Assembly (NCBI GenBank): GCA_964035575.1 | Contig: OZ037834.1 | Location: 1,488,001 to 1,552,000, forward strand | Direction: 5' to 3' | Origin: Rhynchopus sp. YZ270_cl-10 | Lineage: Eukaryota | DNA: 64,000 bases | Shown here: piece after piece, positions 50,801 through 64,000 of the stretch | Layout of the letters: the number at the start of each line of letters is the position of its first letter | How positions within the stretch are numbered: position 1 is the first letter of the stretch | Made by a program: the position numbers and the translations under genes | The notes under the pieces: model-generated | The model's input: only the letters and a program-made list of their open reading frames with translations | Database searches by the model: none | What the model was told of the DNA's origin: nothing

Positions 50801-53800
50801 CGCATCCGTTCCAACGCGTCCGTTCTAACGCATCCGTTCTAACGCGTACGTTCTAACGCATCCGTTCTAACGCATCTGTTCTAACGCATCCGTTCTAACG
50901 AGTACGTTCTCACGCATCCGTTCTAACGCATCCGTTCTTACGCATCCGTTCTAACGCATCCGTTCTAAAGCATCCGTTCTCACGCATCCGTTCCAACGCG
51001 TACGTTCTCACGCATCCGTTCTAACGCATCCGTTCCAACGCGTCCCTTCTCACGCATCCGTTCTAAAGCATCCGTTCTAACGCATCCGTTCTAACGCATC
51101 CGTTCTAACGCATCCGTTCTATCGCGTACGTTCTAACGAGTACGTTCTCACGCATCCGTTCTAACGCGTATGTTCTCACGCATCCGTTCTAACGCATCCG
51201 TTCCAACGCATCCGTTCTAACGCATCCGTTCTAACGCATCCGTTCTAACGCATCCGTTCTAACGCATCCGTTCTAACGCATCCGTTCTAACGCATCCGTT
51301 CTAACGCATCCGTTCTCACGCATCCGTTCTAACGCATCCGTTCCAACGCATCCGTTCTAACGCATCCGTTCTAACGCATCCGTTCTAACGCATACGTTCT
51401 AACGCATCCGTTCCAACGCATCCGTTCTAACGCATCCGTTCTAACGCATCCGTTCTCACGCATCCGTTCCAACGCGTCCCTTCTCACGCATCCGTTCTAA
51501 AGCATCCGTTCTAACGCATCCGTTCTAACGCATCCGTTCTAACGCATCCGTTCTAACGCATCCGTTCCAACGCATCCGTTCTATCGCGTACGTTCTAACG
51601 CATCCGTTCTAACGCGTACGTTCTAACGCATCCGTTCCAACGCATCCGTTCTATCGCGTATGTTCTAACGCATCCGTTCTAACGCGTATGTTCTAACGCA
51701 TCCGTTCTAACGAGTATGTTCTAACGCATCCGTTCTATCGCGTACGTTCTCACGCATCCGTTCTAACGCATCCGTTCTAACGCGTATGTTCTAACGCATC
51801 CGTTCTAACGAGTATGTTCTAACGCATCCGTTCTATCGCGTACGTTCTCACGCATCCGTTCTAACGCGTACGTTCTCACGCATCCGTCCCAACGCATCCG
51901 TTCTCACGCATCCGTTCTAACGCATCCGTTCTATCGCGTACGTTCTAACGCGTACGTTCTCACGCATCCGTCCCAACGCATCCGTTCTCACGCATCCGTT
52001 CTAACGCATCCGTTCTATCGCGTACGTTCTAACGCATCCGTTCTAACGCGTACGTTCTCACGCATCCGTCCCAACGCATCCGTTCTCACGCATCCGTTCT
52101 AACGCATCCGTTCTATCGCGTACGTTCTAACGCATCCGTTCTAACGCGTACGTTCTAACGCATCCGTTCCAACGCATCCGTTCTATCGCGTATGTTCTAA
52201 CGCATCCGTTCTAACGCGTACGTTCTAACGCATCCGTTCTAACGCGTACGTTCTCACGCATCCGTTCTAACGCGTATGTTCTAACGCATCCGTTCTAACG
52301 CGTACGTTCTAACGCATCCGTTCTCACGCATCCGTTCTAACGCATCCGTTCTAACGCATCCGTTCTATCGCGTACGTTCTAACGCATCCGTTCTAACGCA
52401 TCCGTTCTAACGCGTACGTTCTAACGCAGCCGTTCTAACGCATCCGTTCTCACGCATCCGTTCTAACGCGTATGTTCTAACGCATCCGTTCTAACGCGTA
52501 CGTTCTCACGCATCCGTCCCAACGCATCCGTTCTCACGCATCCGTTCTAACGCATCCGTTCTATCGCGTACGTTCTAACGCATCCGTTCTAACGCGTACG
52601 TTCTAACGCATCCGTTCCAACGCATCCGTTCTATCGCGTATGTTCTAACGCATCCGTTCTAACGCGTACGTTCTAACGCATCCGTTCTAACGCATCCGTT
52701 CTATCGCGTACGTTCTAACGCAGCCGTTCTAACGCATCCGTTCTATCGCGTACGTTCTCACGCATCCGTTCTAACGCGTACGTTCTAACGCATCCGTTCT
52801 AACGCATCCGTTCTATCGCGTACGTTCTCACGCATCCGTTCTAACGCGTACGTTCTAACGCATCCGTTCTCACGCATCCGTTCTAACGCATCCGTTCTAA
52901 CGCAGCCGTTCTATCGCGTACGTTCTAACGCATCCGTTCTAACGCATCCGTTCTAACGCGTACGTTCTAACGCAGCCGTTCTAACGCATCCGTTCTCACG
53001 CATCCGTTCTAACGCGTACGTTCTAACGCATCCGTTCTAACGCATCCGTTCTATCGCGTACGTTCTCACGCATCCGTTCTAACGCATCCGTTCCAACGCA
53101 TCCGTTCTAACGCATCCGTTCTAACGCGTCCGTTCTAACGCATCCGTTCTATCGCGTACGTTCTAACGCATCCGTTCTAACGCGTATGTTCTAACGCGTC
53201 CGTTCTAACGCGTACGTTCTAACGCATCCGTTCTAACGCATCCGTTCTATCGCGTACGTTCTCACGCATCCGTTCTAACGCATCCGTTCCAACGCATCCG
53301 TTCTAACGCATCCGTTCTAACGCGTCCGTTCTAACGCATCCGTTCTATCGCGTACGTTCTAACGCATCCGTTCTAACGCATCCGTTCTAACGCGTACGTT
53401 CTAACGCAGCCGTTCTAACGCATCCGTTCTAAAGCATCCGTTCTAACGCATCCGTTCTATCGCGTACGTTCTAACGCATCCGTTCCAACGCATCCGTTCT
53501 AACGCATCCGTTCTCACGCATCCGTTCTAACGCATCCGTTCTCACGCATCCGTTCTAACGCATCCGTTCTCACGCATCCGTTCTCACGCATCCGTTCTCA
53601 CGCATCCGTTCTAACGCATCCGTTCTAACGCGTACGTTCTAACGCATCCGTTCCAACGCATCCGTTCTAACGCATCCGTTCTAACGCATCCGTTCTAACG
53701 CATCCGTTCTAACGCATCCGTTCCAACGCATCCGTTCTCACGCATCCGTTCTAACGCGTACGTTCTAACGCATCCGTTCTCACGCATCCGTTCTAACGCA

Positions 53801-56800
53801 GCCGTTCTAACGCGTACGTTCTAACGCATCCGTTCTCACGCATCCGTTCTAACGCAGCCGTTCTAACGCGTACGTTCTAACGCATCCGTTCTAACGCATC
53901 CGTTCTAACGCAGCCGTTCCAACGCATCCGTTCTAACGCATCCGTTCTAACGCGTCCGTTGTAACGCATCCGTTCTAACGCATCCGTTCTAACGCGTACG
54001 TTCTAACGCATCCGTTCCAACGCGTCCCTTCTCACGCATCCGTTCTAAAGCATCCGTTCTAACGCATCCGTTCTAACGCATCCGTTCTAACGCATCCGTT
54101 CTAACGCGTCCGTTGTAACGCATCCGTTCTAACGCATCCGTTCTAACGCGTACGTTCTAACGCATCCGTTCTCACGCGTACGTTCTAACGCATCCGTTCT
54201 AACGCATCCGTTCTAACGCGTACGTTCTAACGCATCCGTTCTAACGCATCCGTTCTAACGCAGCCGTTCTAACGCGTACGTTCTCACGCATCCGTTCTAA
54301 CGCATCCGTTGTAACGCATCCGTTCTAACGCATCCGTTCTAACGCATCCGTTCTAACGCATCCGTTCTAACGCATCCGTTCCAACGCGTCCCTTCTCACG
54401 CATCCGTTCTCACGCATCCGTTCTAACGCATCCGTTCTAACGCATCCGTTCTAACGCATCCGTTCTAACGCATCCGTTCTAACGCGTCCCTTCTCACGCA
54501 TCCGTTCTAACGCATCCGTTCTAACGCGTACGTTCTCACGCATCCGTTCTAACGCATCCGTTCTAACGCGTCCCTTCTCACGCATCCGTTCTCACGCATC
54601 CGTTCTAACGCATCCGTTCTAACGCATCCGTTCTAACGCATCCGTTCTAACGCATCCGTTCTAACGCATCCGTTCTAACGCATCCGTTCCAACGCGTCCC
54701 TTCTCACGCATCCGTTCTCACGCATCCGTTCTAACGCATCCGTTCTAACGCATCCGTTCTAACGCGTCCCTTCTCACGCATCCGTTCTCACGCATCCGTT
54801 CTAACGCATCCGTTCTAACGCATCCGTTCTAACGCATCCGTTCTAACGCATCCGTTCCAACGCGTCCCTTCTCACGCATCCGTTCTAACGCATCCGTTCT
54901 AACGCGTACGTTCTCACGCATCCGTTCCAACGCATCCGTTCTAACGCGTCCGTTCTAACGCATACGTTCTAACGCATCCGTTCTCACGCATCCGTTCTAA
55001 CGCATCCGTTCTAACGCGTACGTTCTCACGCATCCGTTCCAACGCATCCGTTCTAACGCATACGTTCTAACGCATCCGTTCTCACGCATCCGTTCTAACG
55101 CGTACGTTCTCACGCATCCGTTCTAACGCATCCGTTGTAACGCATCCGTTCCAACGCGTCCGTTCTAACGCATCCGTTCTAACGCATCCGTTCTAACGCA
55201 TCCGTTCTAACGCATCCGTTCTATCGCGTACGTTCTAACGCATCCGTTCTAACGCATCCGTTCTAACGCGTACGTTCTCACGCATCCGTTCTAACGCATC
55301 CGTTCTAACGCATACGTTCCAACGCGTCCCTTCTCACGCATCCGTTCTCACGCATCCGTTCTAACGCATCCGTTCTAACGCATCCGTTCTAACGCATCCG
55401 TTCCAACGCGTCCCTTCTCACGCATCCGTTCTAACGCATCCGTTCTAACGCGTACGTTCTCACGCATCCGTTCCAACGCATCCGTTCTAACGCGTCCGTT
55501 CTAACGCATCCGTTCTAACGCATCCGTTCTAACGCATCCGTTCTAACGCGTCCGTTCTAACGCATCCGTTCTAACGCATCCGTTCTAACGCATCCGTTCT
55601 CACGCATCCGTTCCAACGCATCCGTTCTAACGCGTACGTTCTCACGCATCCGTTCCAACGCATCCGTTCTAACGCGTCCGTTCTAACGCATCCGTTCTAA
55701 CGCATCCGTTCTAACGCATCCGTTCTCACGCATCCGTTCTAACGCGTACGTTCTCACGCATCCGTTCTAACGCATCCGTTGTAACGCATCCGTTCCAACG
55801 CGTCCGTTCTAACGCATCCGTTCTAACGCGTACGTTCTAACGCATCCGTTCTAACGCATCTGTTCTAACGCATCCGTTCTAACGAGTACGTTCTCACGCA
55901 TCCGTTCTAACGCATCCGTTCTTACGCATCCGTTCTAACGCATCCGTTCTAAAGCATCCGTTCTCACGCATCCGTTCCAACGCGTACGTTCTCACGCATC
56001 CGTTCTAACGCATCCGTTCCAACGCGTCCCTTCTCACGCATCCGTTCTAAAGCATCCGTTCTAACGCATCCGTTCTAACGCATCCGTTCTAACGCATCCG
56101 TTCTATCGCGTACGTTCTAACGAGTACGTTCTCACGCATCCGTTCTAACGCGTATGTTCTCACGCATCCGTTCTAACGCATCCGTTCCAACGCATCCGTT
56201 CTAACGCATCCGTTCTAACGCATCCGTTCTAACGCATCCGTTCTAACGCATCCGTTCTAACGCATCCGTTCTAACGCATCCGTTCTAACGCATCCGTTCT
56301 AACGCATCCGTTCTCACGCATCCGTTCTAACGCATCCGTTCCAACGCATCCGTTCTAACGCATCCGTTCTAACGCATCCGTTCTAACGCATACGTTCTAA
56401 CGCATCCGTTCCAACGCATCCGTTCTAACGCATCCGTTCTAACGCATCCGTTCTCACGCATCCGTTCCAACGCGTCCCTTCTCACGCATCCGTTCTAAAG
56501 CATCCGTTCTAACGCATCCGTTCTAACGCATCCGTTCTAACGCATCCGTTCTAACGCATCCGTTCCAACGCATCCGTTCTATCGCGTACGTTCTAACGCA
56601 TCCGTTCTAACGCGTACGTTCTAACGCATCCGTTCCAACGCATCCGTTCTATCGCGTATGTTCTAACGCATCCGTTCTAACGCGTATGTTCTAACGCATC
56701 CGTTCTAACGAGTATGTTCTAACGCATCCGTTCTATCGCGTACGTTCTCACGCATCCGTTCTAACGCATCCGTTCTAACGCGTATGTTCTAACGCATCCG

Positions 56801-59800
56801 TTCTAACGAGTATGTTCTAACGCATCCGTTCTATCGCGTACGTTCTCACGCATCCGTTCTAACGCGTACGTTCTCACGCATCCGTCCCAACGCATCCGTT
56901 CTCACGCATCCGTTCTAACGCATCCGTTCTATCGCGTACGTTCTAACGCGTACGTTCTCACGCATCCGTCCCAACGCATCCGTTCTCACGCATCCGTTCT
57001 AACGCATCCGTTCTATCGCGTACGTTCTAACGCATCCGTTCTAACGCGTACGTTCTCACGCATCCGTCCCAACGCATCCGTTCTCACGCATCCGTTCTAA
57101 CGCATCCGTTCTATCGCGTACGTTCTAACGCATCCGTTCTAACGCGTACGTTCTAACGCATCCGTTCCAACGCATCCGTTCTATCGCGTATGTTCTAACG
57201 CATCCGTTCTAACGCGTACGTTCTAACGCATCCGTTCTAACGCGTACGTTCTCACGCATCCGTTCTAACGCGTATGTTCTAACGCATCCGTTCTAACGCG
57301 TACGTTCTAACGCATCCGTTCTCACGCATCCGTTCTAACGCATCCGTTCTAACGCATCCGTTCTATCGCGTACGTTCTAACGCATCCGTTCTAACGCATC
57401 CGTTCTAACGCGTACGTTCTAACGCAGCCGTTCTAACGCATCCGTTCTCACGCATCCGTTCTAACGCGTATGTTCTAACGCATCCGTTCTAACGCGTACG
57501 TTCTCACGCATCCGTCCCAACGCATCCGTTCTCACGCATCCGTTCTAACGCATCCGTTCTATCGCGTACGTTCTAACGCATCCGTTCTAACGCGTACGTT
57601 CTAACGCATCCGTTCCAACGCATCCGTTCTATCGCGTATGTTCTAACGCATCCGTTCTAACGCGTACGTTCTAACGCATCCGTTCTAACGCATCCGTTCT
57701 ATCGCGTACGTTCTAACGCAGCCGTTCTAACGCATCCGTTCTATCGCGTACGTTCTCACGCATCCGTTCTAACGCGTACGTTCTAACGCATCCGTTCTAA
57801 CGCATCCGTTCTATCGCGTACGTTCTCACGCATCCGTTCTAACGCGTACGTTCTAACGCATCCGTTCTCACGCATCCGTTCTAACGCATCCGTTCTAACG
57901 CAGCCGTTCTATCGCGTACGTTCTAACGCATCCGTTCTAACGCATCCGTTCTAACGCGTACGTTCTAACGCAGCCGTTCTAACGCATCCGTTCTCACGCA
58001 TCCGTTCTAACGCGTACGTTCTAACGCATCCGTTCTAACGCATCCGTTCTATCGCGTACGTTCTCACGCATCCGTTCTAACGCGTATGTTCTAACGCGTC
58101 CGTTCTAACGCGTACGTTCTAACGCATCCGTTCTAACGCATCCGTTCTATCGCGTACGTTCTCACGCATCCGTTCTAACGCATCCGTTCCAACGCATCCG
58201 TTCTAACGCATCCGTTCTAACGCGTCCGTTCTAACGCATCCGTTCTATCGCGTACGTTCTAACGCATCCGTTCTAACGCATCCGTTCTAACGCGTCCGTT
58301 CTAACGCATCCGTTCTATCGCGTACGTTCTAACGCATCCGTTCTAACGCGTACGTTCTAACGCAGCCGTTCTAACGCATCCGTTCTAAAGCATCCGTTCT
58401 AACGCATCCGTTCTATCGCGTACGTTCTAACGCATCCGTTCCAACGCATCCGTTCTAACGCATCCGTTCTCACGCATCCGTTCTAACGCATCCGTTCTCA
58501 CGCATCCGTTCTAACGCATCCGTTCTCACGCATCCGTTCTCACGCATCCGTTCTCACGCATCCGTTCTAACGCATCCGTTCTAACGCGTACGTTCTAACG
58601 CATCCGTTCTCACGCATCCGTTCTAACGCATCCGTTCTAACGCATCCGTTCTAACGCGTACGTTCTAACGCAGCCGTTCTAACGCATCCGTTCTATCGCG
58701 TACGTTCTAACGCATCCGTTCTAACGCATCCGTTCTAACGCGTACGTTCTAACGCAGCCGTTCTAACGCATCCGTTCTAAAGCATCCGTTCTAACGCATC
58801 CGTTCTATCGCGTACGTTCTAACGCATCCGTTCTAACGCGTACGTTCTCAAGCATCCGTTCTAACGCATCCGTTCTAACGCATCCGTTCCAACGCGTCCC
58901 TTCTCACGCATCCGTTCTCACGCATCCGTTCTAACGCATCCGTTCTAACGCATCCGTTCTAACGCATCCGTTCTAACGCATCCGTTCCAACGCGTCCCTT
59001 CTCACGCATCCGTTCTAACGCATCCGTTCTAACGCGTACGTTCTCACGCATCCGTTCCAACGCATCCGTTCTAACGCGTCCGTTCTAACGCATCCGTTCT
59101 AACGCATACGTTCTAACGCATCCGTTCTCACGCATCCGTTCTAACGCGTACGTTCTCACGCATCCGTTCTAACGCATCCGTTCTAACGCGTACGTTCTAA
59201 CGCATCCGTTCTAACGCATCCGTTCTAACGCGTACGTTCTCACGCATCCGTTCTAACGCATCCGTTCTAACGCATCCGTTCCAACGCGTCCCTTCTCACG
59301 CATCCGTTCTCACGCATCCGTTCCAACGCGTCCCTTCTCACGCATCCGTTCTAACGCATCCGTTCTAACGCGTACGTTCTCACGCATCCGTTCCAACGCA
59401 TCCGTTCTAACGCGTCCGTTCTAACGCATCCGTTCTAACGCATCCGTTCTAACGCATCCGTTCTAACGCGTCCGTTCTAACGCATCCGTTCTAACGCATC
59501 CGTTCTAACGCATCCGTTCTCACGCGTACGTTCTAACGCATCCGTTCTCACGCATCCGTTCTAACGCGTACGTTCTCACGCATCCGTTCTAACGCATCCG
59601 TTGTAACGCATCCGTTCCAACGCGTCCGTTCTAACGCATCCGTTCTAACGCGTACGTTCTAACGCATCCGTTCTAACGCATCCGTTCTAACGCATCCGTT
59701 CTAACGCATCCGTTCTTACGCATCCGTTCTAACGCATCCGTTCTAACGCGTACGTTCTAACGCATCCGTTCTAACGCATCCGTTCTCACGCATCCGTTCC

Positions 59801-62800
59801 AACGCGTACGTTCTCACGCATCCGTTCTAACGCATCCGTTCCAACGTGTCCCTTCTCACGCATCCGTTCTAAAGCATCCGTTCTAACGCATCCGTTCTAA
59901 CGCATCCGTTCTAACGCATCCGTTCTAACGCATCCGTTCTCACGCATCCGTTCTAACGCGTACGTTCTAACGCATCCGTTCTTACGCATCCGTTCTAACG
60001 CATCCGTTCTAAAGCATCCGTTCTCACGCATCCGTTCTAACGCATCCGTTCTAACGCGTACGTTCTCACGCATCCGTTCCAACGCATCCGTTCTAACGCA
60101 TCCGTTCTAACGCATACGTTCTCACGCATCCGTCCCAACGCATCCGTTCTCACGCATCCGTTCTAACGCATCCGTTCTATCGCGTACGTTCTCACGCGTA
60201 CGTTCTCACGCATCCGTCCCAACGCATCCGTTCTCACGCATCCGTTCTAACGCATCCGTTCTATCGCGTACGTTCTCACGCGTACGTTCTCACGCATCCG
60301 TTCTAACGCATCCGTTCTAACGCATCCGTTCTAACGCATCCGTTCTAACGCATCCGTTCTAACGCATCCGTTCCAACGCGTCCCTTCTCACGCATCCGTT
60401 CTAACGCATCCGTTCTAACGCGTCCGTTCTAACGCATCCGTTCTAACGCATCCGTTCTAACGCATCCGTTCTAACGCGTACGTTCTCACGCATCCGTTCC
60501 AACGCATCCGTTCTAACGCGTCCGTTCTAACGCATCCGTTCTAACGCATCCGTTCTAACGCATCCGTTCTAACGCGTCCGTTCTAACGCATCCGTTCTAA
60601 CGCATCCGTTCTAACGCATCCGTTCTCACGCGTACGTTCTAACGCATCCGTTCTCACGCATCCGTTCTAACGCGTACGTTCTCACGCATCCGTTCTAACG
60701 CATCCGTTGTAACGCATCCGTTCCAACGCGTCCGTTCTAACGCATCCGTTCTAACGCGTACGTTCTAACGCATCCGTTCTAACGCATCTGTTCTAACGCA
60801 TCCGTTCTAACGCGTACGTTCTCACGCATCCGTTCTAACGCATCCGTTCTTACGCATCCGTTCTAACGCATCCGTTCTAAAGCATCCGTTCTCACGCATC
60901 CGTTCTAACGCATCCGTTCTAACGCGTACGTTCTCACGCATCCGTTCCAACGCATCCGTTCTAACGCGTCCGTTCTAACGCATCCGTTCTAACGCATCCG
61001 TTCTAACGCGTATGTTCTAACGCATCCGTTCTAACGCGTACGTTCCAACGCATCCGTTCTAACGCATCCGTTCTAACGCATCCGTTCTAACGCAGCCGTT
61101 CTAACGCGTACGTTCTAACGCATCCGTTCCAACGCATCCGTTCTATCGCGTACGTTCTATCGCGTACGTTCTAACGCATCCGTTCTAACGCATCCGTTCT
61201 AAAGCATCCGTTCTAACGCATCCGTTCTAACGCATCCGTTCCAACGCATCCGTTCTAACGCATCCGTTCTAACGCATCCGTTCTAACGCGTCCGTTGTAA
61301 CGCATCCGTTCTAACGCATCCGTTCTAACGCATCCGTTCCAACGCATCCGTTCTCACGCATCCGTTCTAACGCGTACGTTCTAACGCATCCGTTCTCACG
61401 CATCCGTTCTAACGCAGCCGTTCTAACGCGTACGTTCTAACGCATCCGTTCTCACGCATCCGTTCTAACGCAGCCGTTCTAACGCGTACGTTCTAACGCA
61501 TCCGTTCTAACGCATCCGTTCTAACGCAGCCGTTCCAACGCATCCGTTCTAACGCGTCCGTTGTAACGCATCCGTTCTAACGCATCCGTTCTAACGCGTA
61601 CGTTCTAACGCATCCGTTCCAACGCGTCCCTTCTCACGCATCCGTTCTAAAGCATCCGTTCTAACGCATCCGTTCTAACGCATCCGTTCTAACGCATCCG
61701 TTCTAACGCGTCCGTTGTAACGCATCCGTTCTAACGCATCCGTTCTAACGCGTACGTTCTAACGCATCCGTTCTCACGCATCCGTTCTAACGCATCCGTT
61801 CTAACGCAGCCGTTCTAACGCGTACGTTCTCACGCATCCGTTCTAACGCATCCGTTGTAACGCATCCGTTCTAACGCATCCGTTCTCACGCATCCGTTCT
61901 AACGCAGCCGTTCTAACGCGTACGTTCTAACGCATCCGTTCTCACGCATCCGTTCTAACGCATCCGTTCTAACGCAGCCGTTCTAACGCGTACGTTCTCA
62001 CGCATCCGTTCTAACGCATCCGTTGTAACGCATCCGTTCTAACGCATCCGTTCTCACGCATCCGTTCTAACGCAGCCGTTCTAACGCGTACGTTCTAACG
62101 CATCCGTTCTCACGCATCCGTTCTAACGCAGCCGTTCTAACGCGTACGTTCTAACGCATCCGTTCTAACGCATCCGTTCTAACGCAGCCGTTCCAACGCA
62201 TCCGTTCTAACGCGTCCGTTGTAACGCATCCGTTCTAACGCATCCGTTCTAACGCGTACGTTCTAACGCATCCGTTCCAACGCGTCCCTTCTCACGCATC
62301 CGTTCTAAAGCATCCGTTCTAACGCATCCGTTCTAACGCATCCGTTCTAACGCATCCGTTCTAACGCGTCCGTTGTAACGCATCCGTTCTAACGCATCCG
62401 TTCTAACGCGTACGTTCTAACGCATCCGTTCTCACGCATCCGTTCTAACGCATCCGTTCTAACGCATCCGTTCTAACGCGTACGTTCTAACGCATCCGTT
62501 CTAACGCATCCGTTCTAACGCAGCCGTTCTAACGCGTACGTTCTCACGCATCCGTTCTAACGCATCCGTTGTAACGCATCCGTTCTAACGCATCCGTTCT
62601 AACGCATCCGTTCTAACGCATCCGTTCTAACGCATCCGTTCCAACGCGTCCCTTCTCACGCATCCGTTCTCACGCATCCGTTCTAACGCATCCGTTCTAA
62701 CGCATCCGTTCTAACGCATCCGTTCTAACGCATCCGTTCTAACGCGTCCCTTCTCACGCATCCGTTCAAACGCATCCGTTCTAACGCATCCGTTCTAACG

Positions 62801-64000
62801 CATCCGTTCTAACGCATCCGTTCTAACGCATCCGTTCTAACGCATCCGTTCTAACGCATCCGTTCCAACTCGTCCCTTCTCACGCATCCGTTCTCACGCA
62901 TCCGTTCTAACGCATCCGTTCTAACGCATCCGTTCTAACGCGTCCCTTCTCACGCATCCGTTCTCACGCATCCGTTCTAACGCATCCGTTCTAACGCATC
63001 CGTTCTAACGCATCCGTTCCAACGCGTCCCTTCTCACGCATCCGTTCTAACGCATCCGTTCTAACGCGTACGTTCTCACGCATCCGTTCCAACGCATCCG
63101 TTCTAACGCGTCCGTTCTAACGCATACGTTCTAACGCATCCGTTCTCACGCATCCGTTCTAACGCATCCGTTCTAACGCGTACGTTCTCACGCATCCGTT
63201 CCAACGCATCCGTTCTAACGCATACGTTCTAACGCATCCGTTCTCACGCATCCGTTCTAACGCGTACGTTCTCACGCATCCGTTCTAACGCATCCGTTCT
63301 AACGCATCCGTTCTAACGCATCCGTTCTAACGCATCCGTTCTATCGCGTACGTTCTAACGCATCCGTTCTAACGCATCCGTTCTAACGCGTACGTTCTCA
63401 CGCATCCGTTCTAACGCATCCGTTCTAACGCATACGTTCCAACGCGTCCCTTCTCACGCATCCGTTCTCACGCATCCGTTCTAACGCATCCGTTCTAACG
63501 CATCCGTTCTAACGCATCCGTTCCAACGCGTCCCTTCTCACGCATCCGTTCTAACGCATCCGTTCTAACGCGTACGTTCTCACGCATCCGTTCCAACGCA
63601 TCCGTTCTAACGCGTCCGTTCTAACGCATCCGTTCTAACGCATCCGTTCTAACGCATCCGTTCTCACGCATCAGTTCTCACGCGTACGTTCTAACGCATC
63701 CGTTCTCACGCATCCGTTCTAACGCGTACGTTCTCACGCATCCGTTCTAACGCATCCGTTGTAACGCATCCGTTCCAACGCGTCCGTTCTAACGCATCCG
63801 TTCTAACGCGTACGTTCTAACGCATCCGTTCTAACGCATCTGTTCTAACGCATCCGTTCTAACGCATCCGTTCTAACGCGTCCGTTGTAACGCATCCGTT
63901 CTAACGCATCCGTTCTAACGCATCCGTTCTAACGCATCCGTTCTAAAGCATCCGTTCTCACGCATCCGTTCCAACGCGTACGTTCTCACGCATCCGTTCT
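41875..64000 (+). repeat. 14-bp satellite (consensus AACGCATCCGTTCT), about 1,580 units, running off the window end
   Basis: Seen directly; recurrent variants (AACGCGTACGTTCT, CACGCATCCGTTCT, ATCGCGTACGTTCT, AACGCGTCCCTTCT) and multi-kb duplicated blocks. Confidence 0.98.

Noticed and set aside
59897..60082. 61-aa ORF in the satellite; satellite as a telomere repeat
   Set aside because: The ORF is a repeat translation. The unit lacks G-runs and shows satellite-type variant and higher-order structure.

Overview
Eukaryotic genomic DNA: GT-AG introns and a flagellar CFAP58 gene; probably a flagellated protist, with a euglenozoan/diplonemid-like origin inferred but not shown. (1) 1-5.4 kb is transposon-derived, including a 3.5-kb TA-flanked TIR element with palindromic arrays and a (GGGTACT)n tract. 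(2) 6-24 kb holds five minus-strand host genes: a 4-exon C2HC zinc-finger/coiled-coil gene with an apparently intact hAT transposon in intron 3, CFAP58, a small membrane protein, a DUF4604-like protein, and a 6-exon gene for a likely mitochondrion-targeted protein with tandem SpoVS-like domains. (3) 25.4-41.8 kb is a tandem array of three Crinkler/RHS (CR)-like genes sharing an 81-aa header exon but carrying different C-terminal nuclease modules: HNH plus Zn finger in copy A, P-loop NTPase plus PD-(D/E)xK-like REase in copies B and C. Copy B looks like an A/C chimera. A 5.6-kb nest of four TIR elements lies between A and B. (4) 41.9-64 kb is a 14-bp satellite (AACGCATCCGTTCT) of about 1,580 units with higher-order duplications; a short array of the same repeat also flanks the other side of the CR cluster. 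All calls come from reading the sequence by eye, with no database searches.
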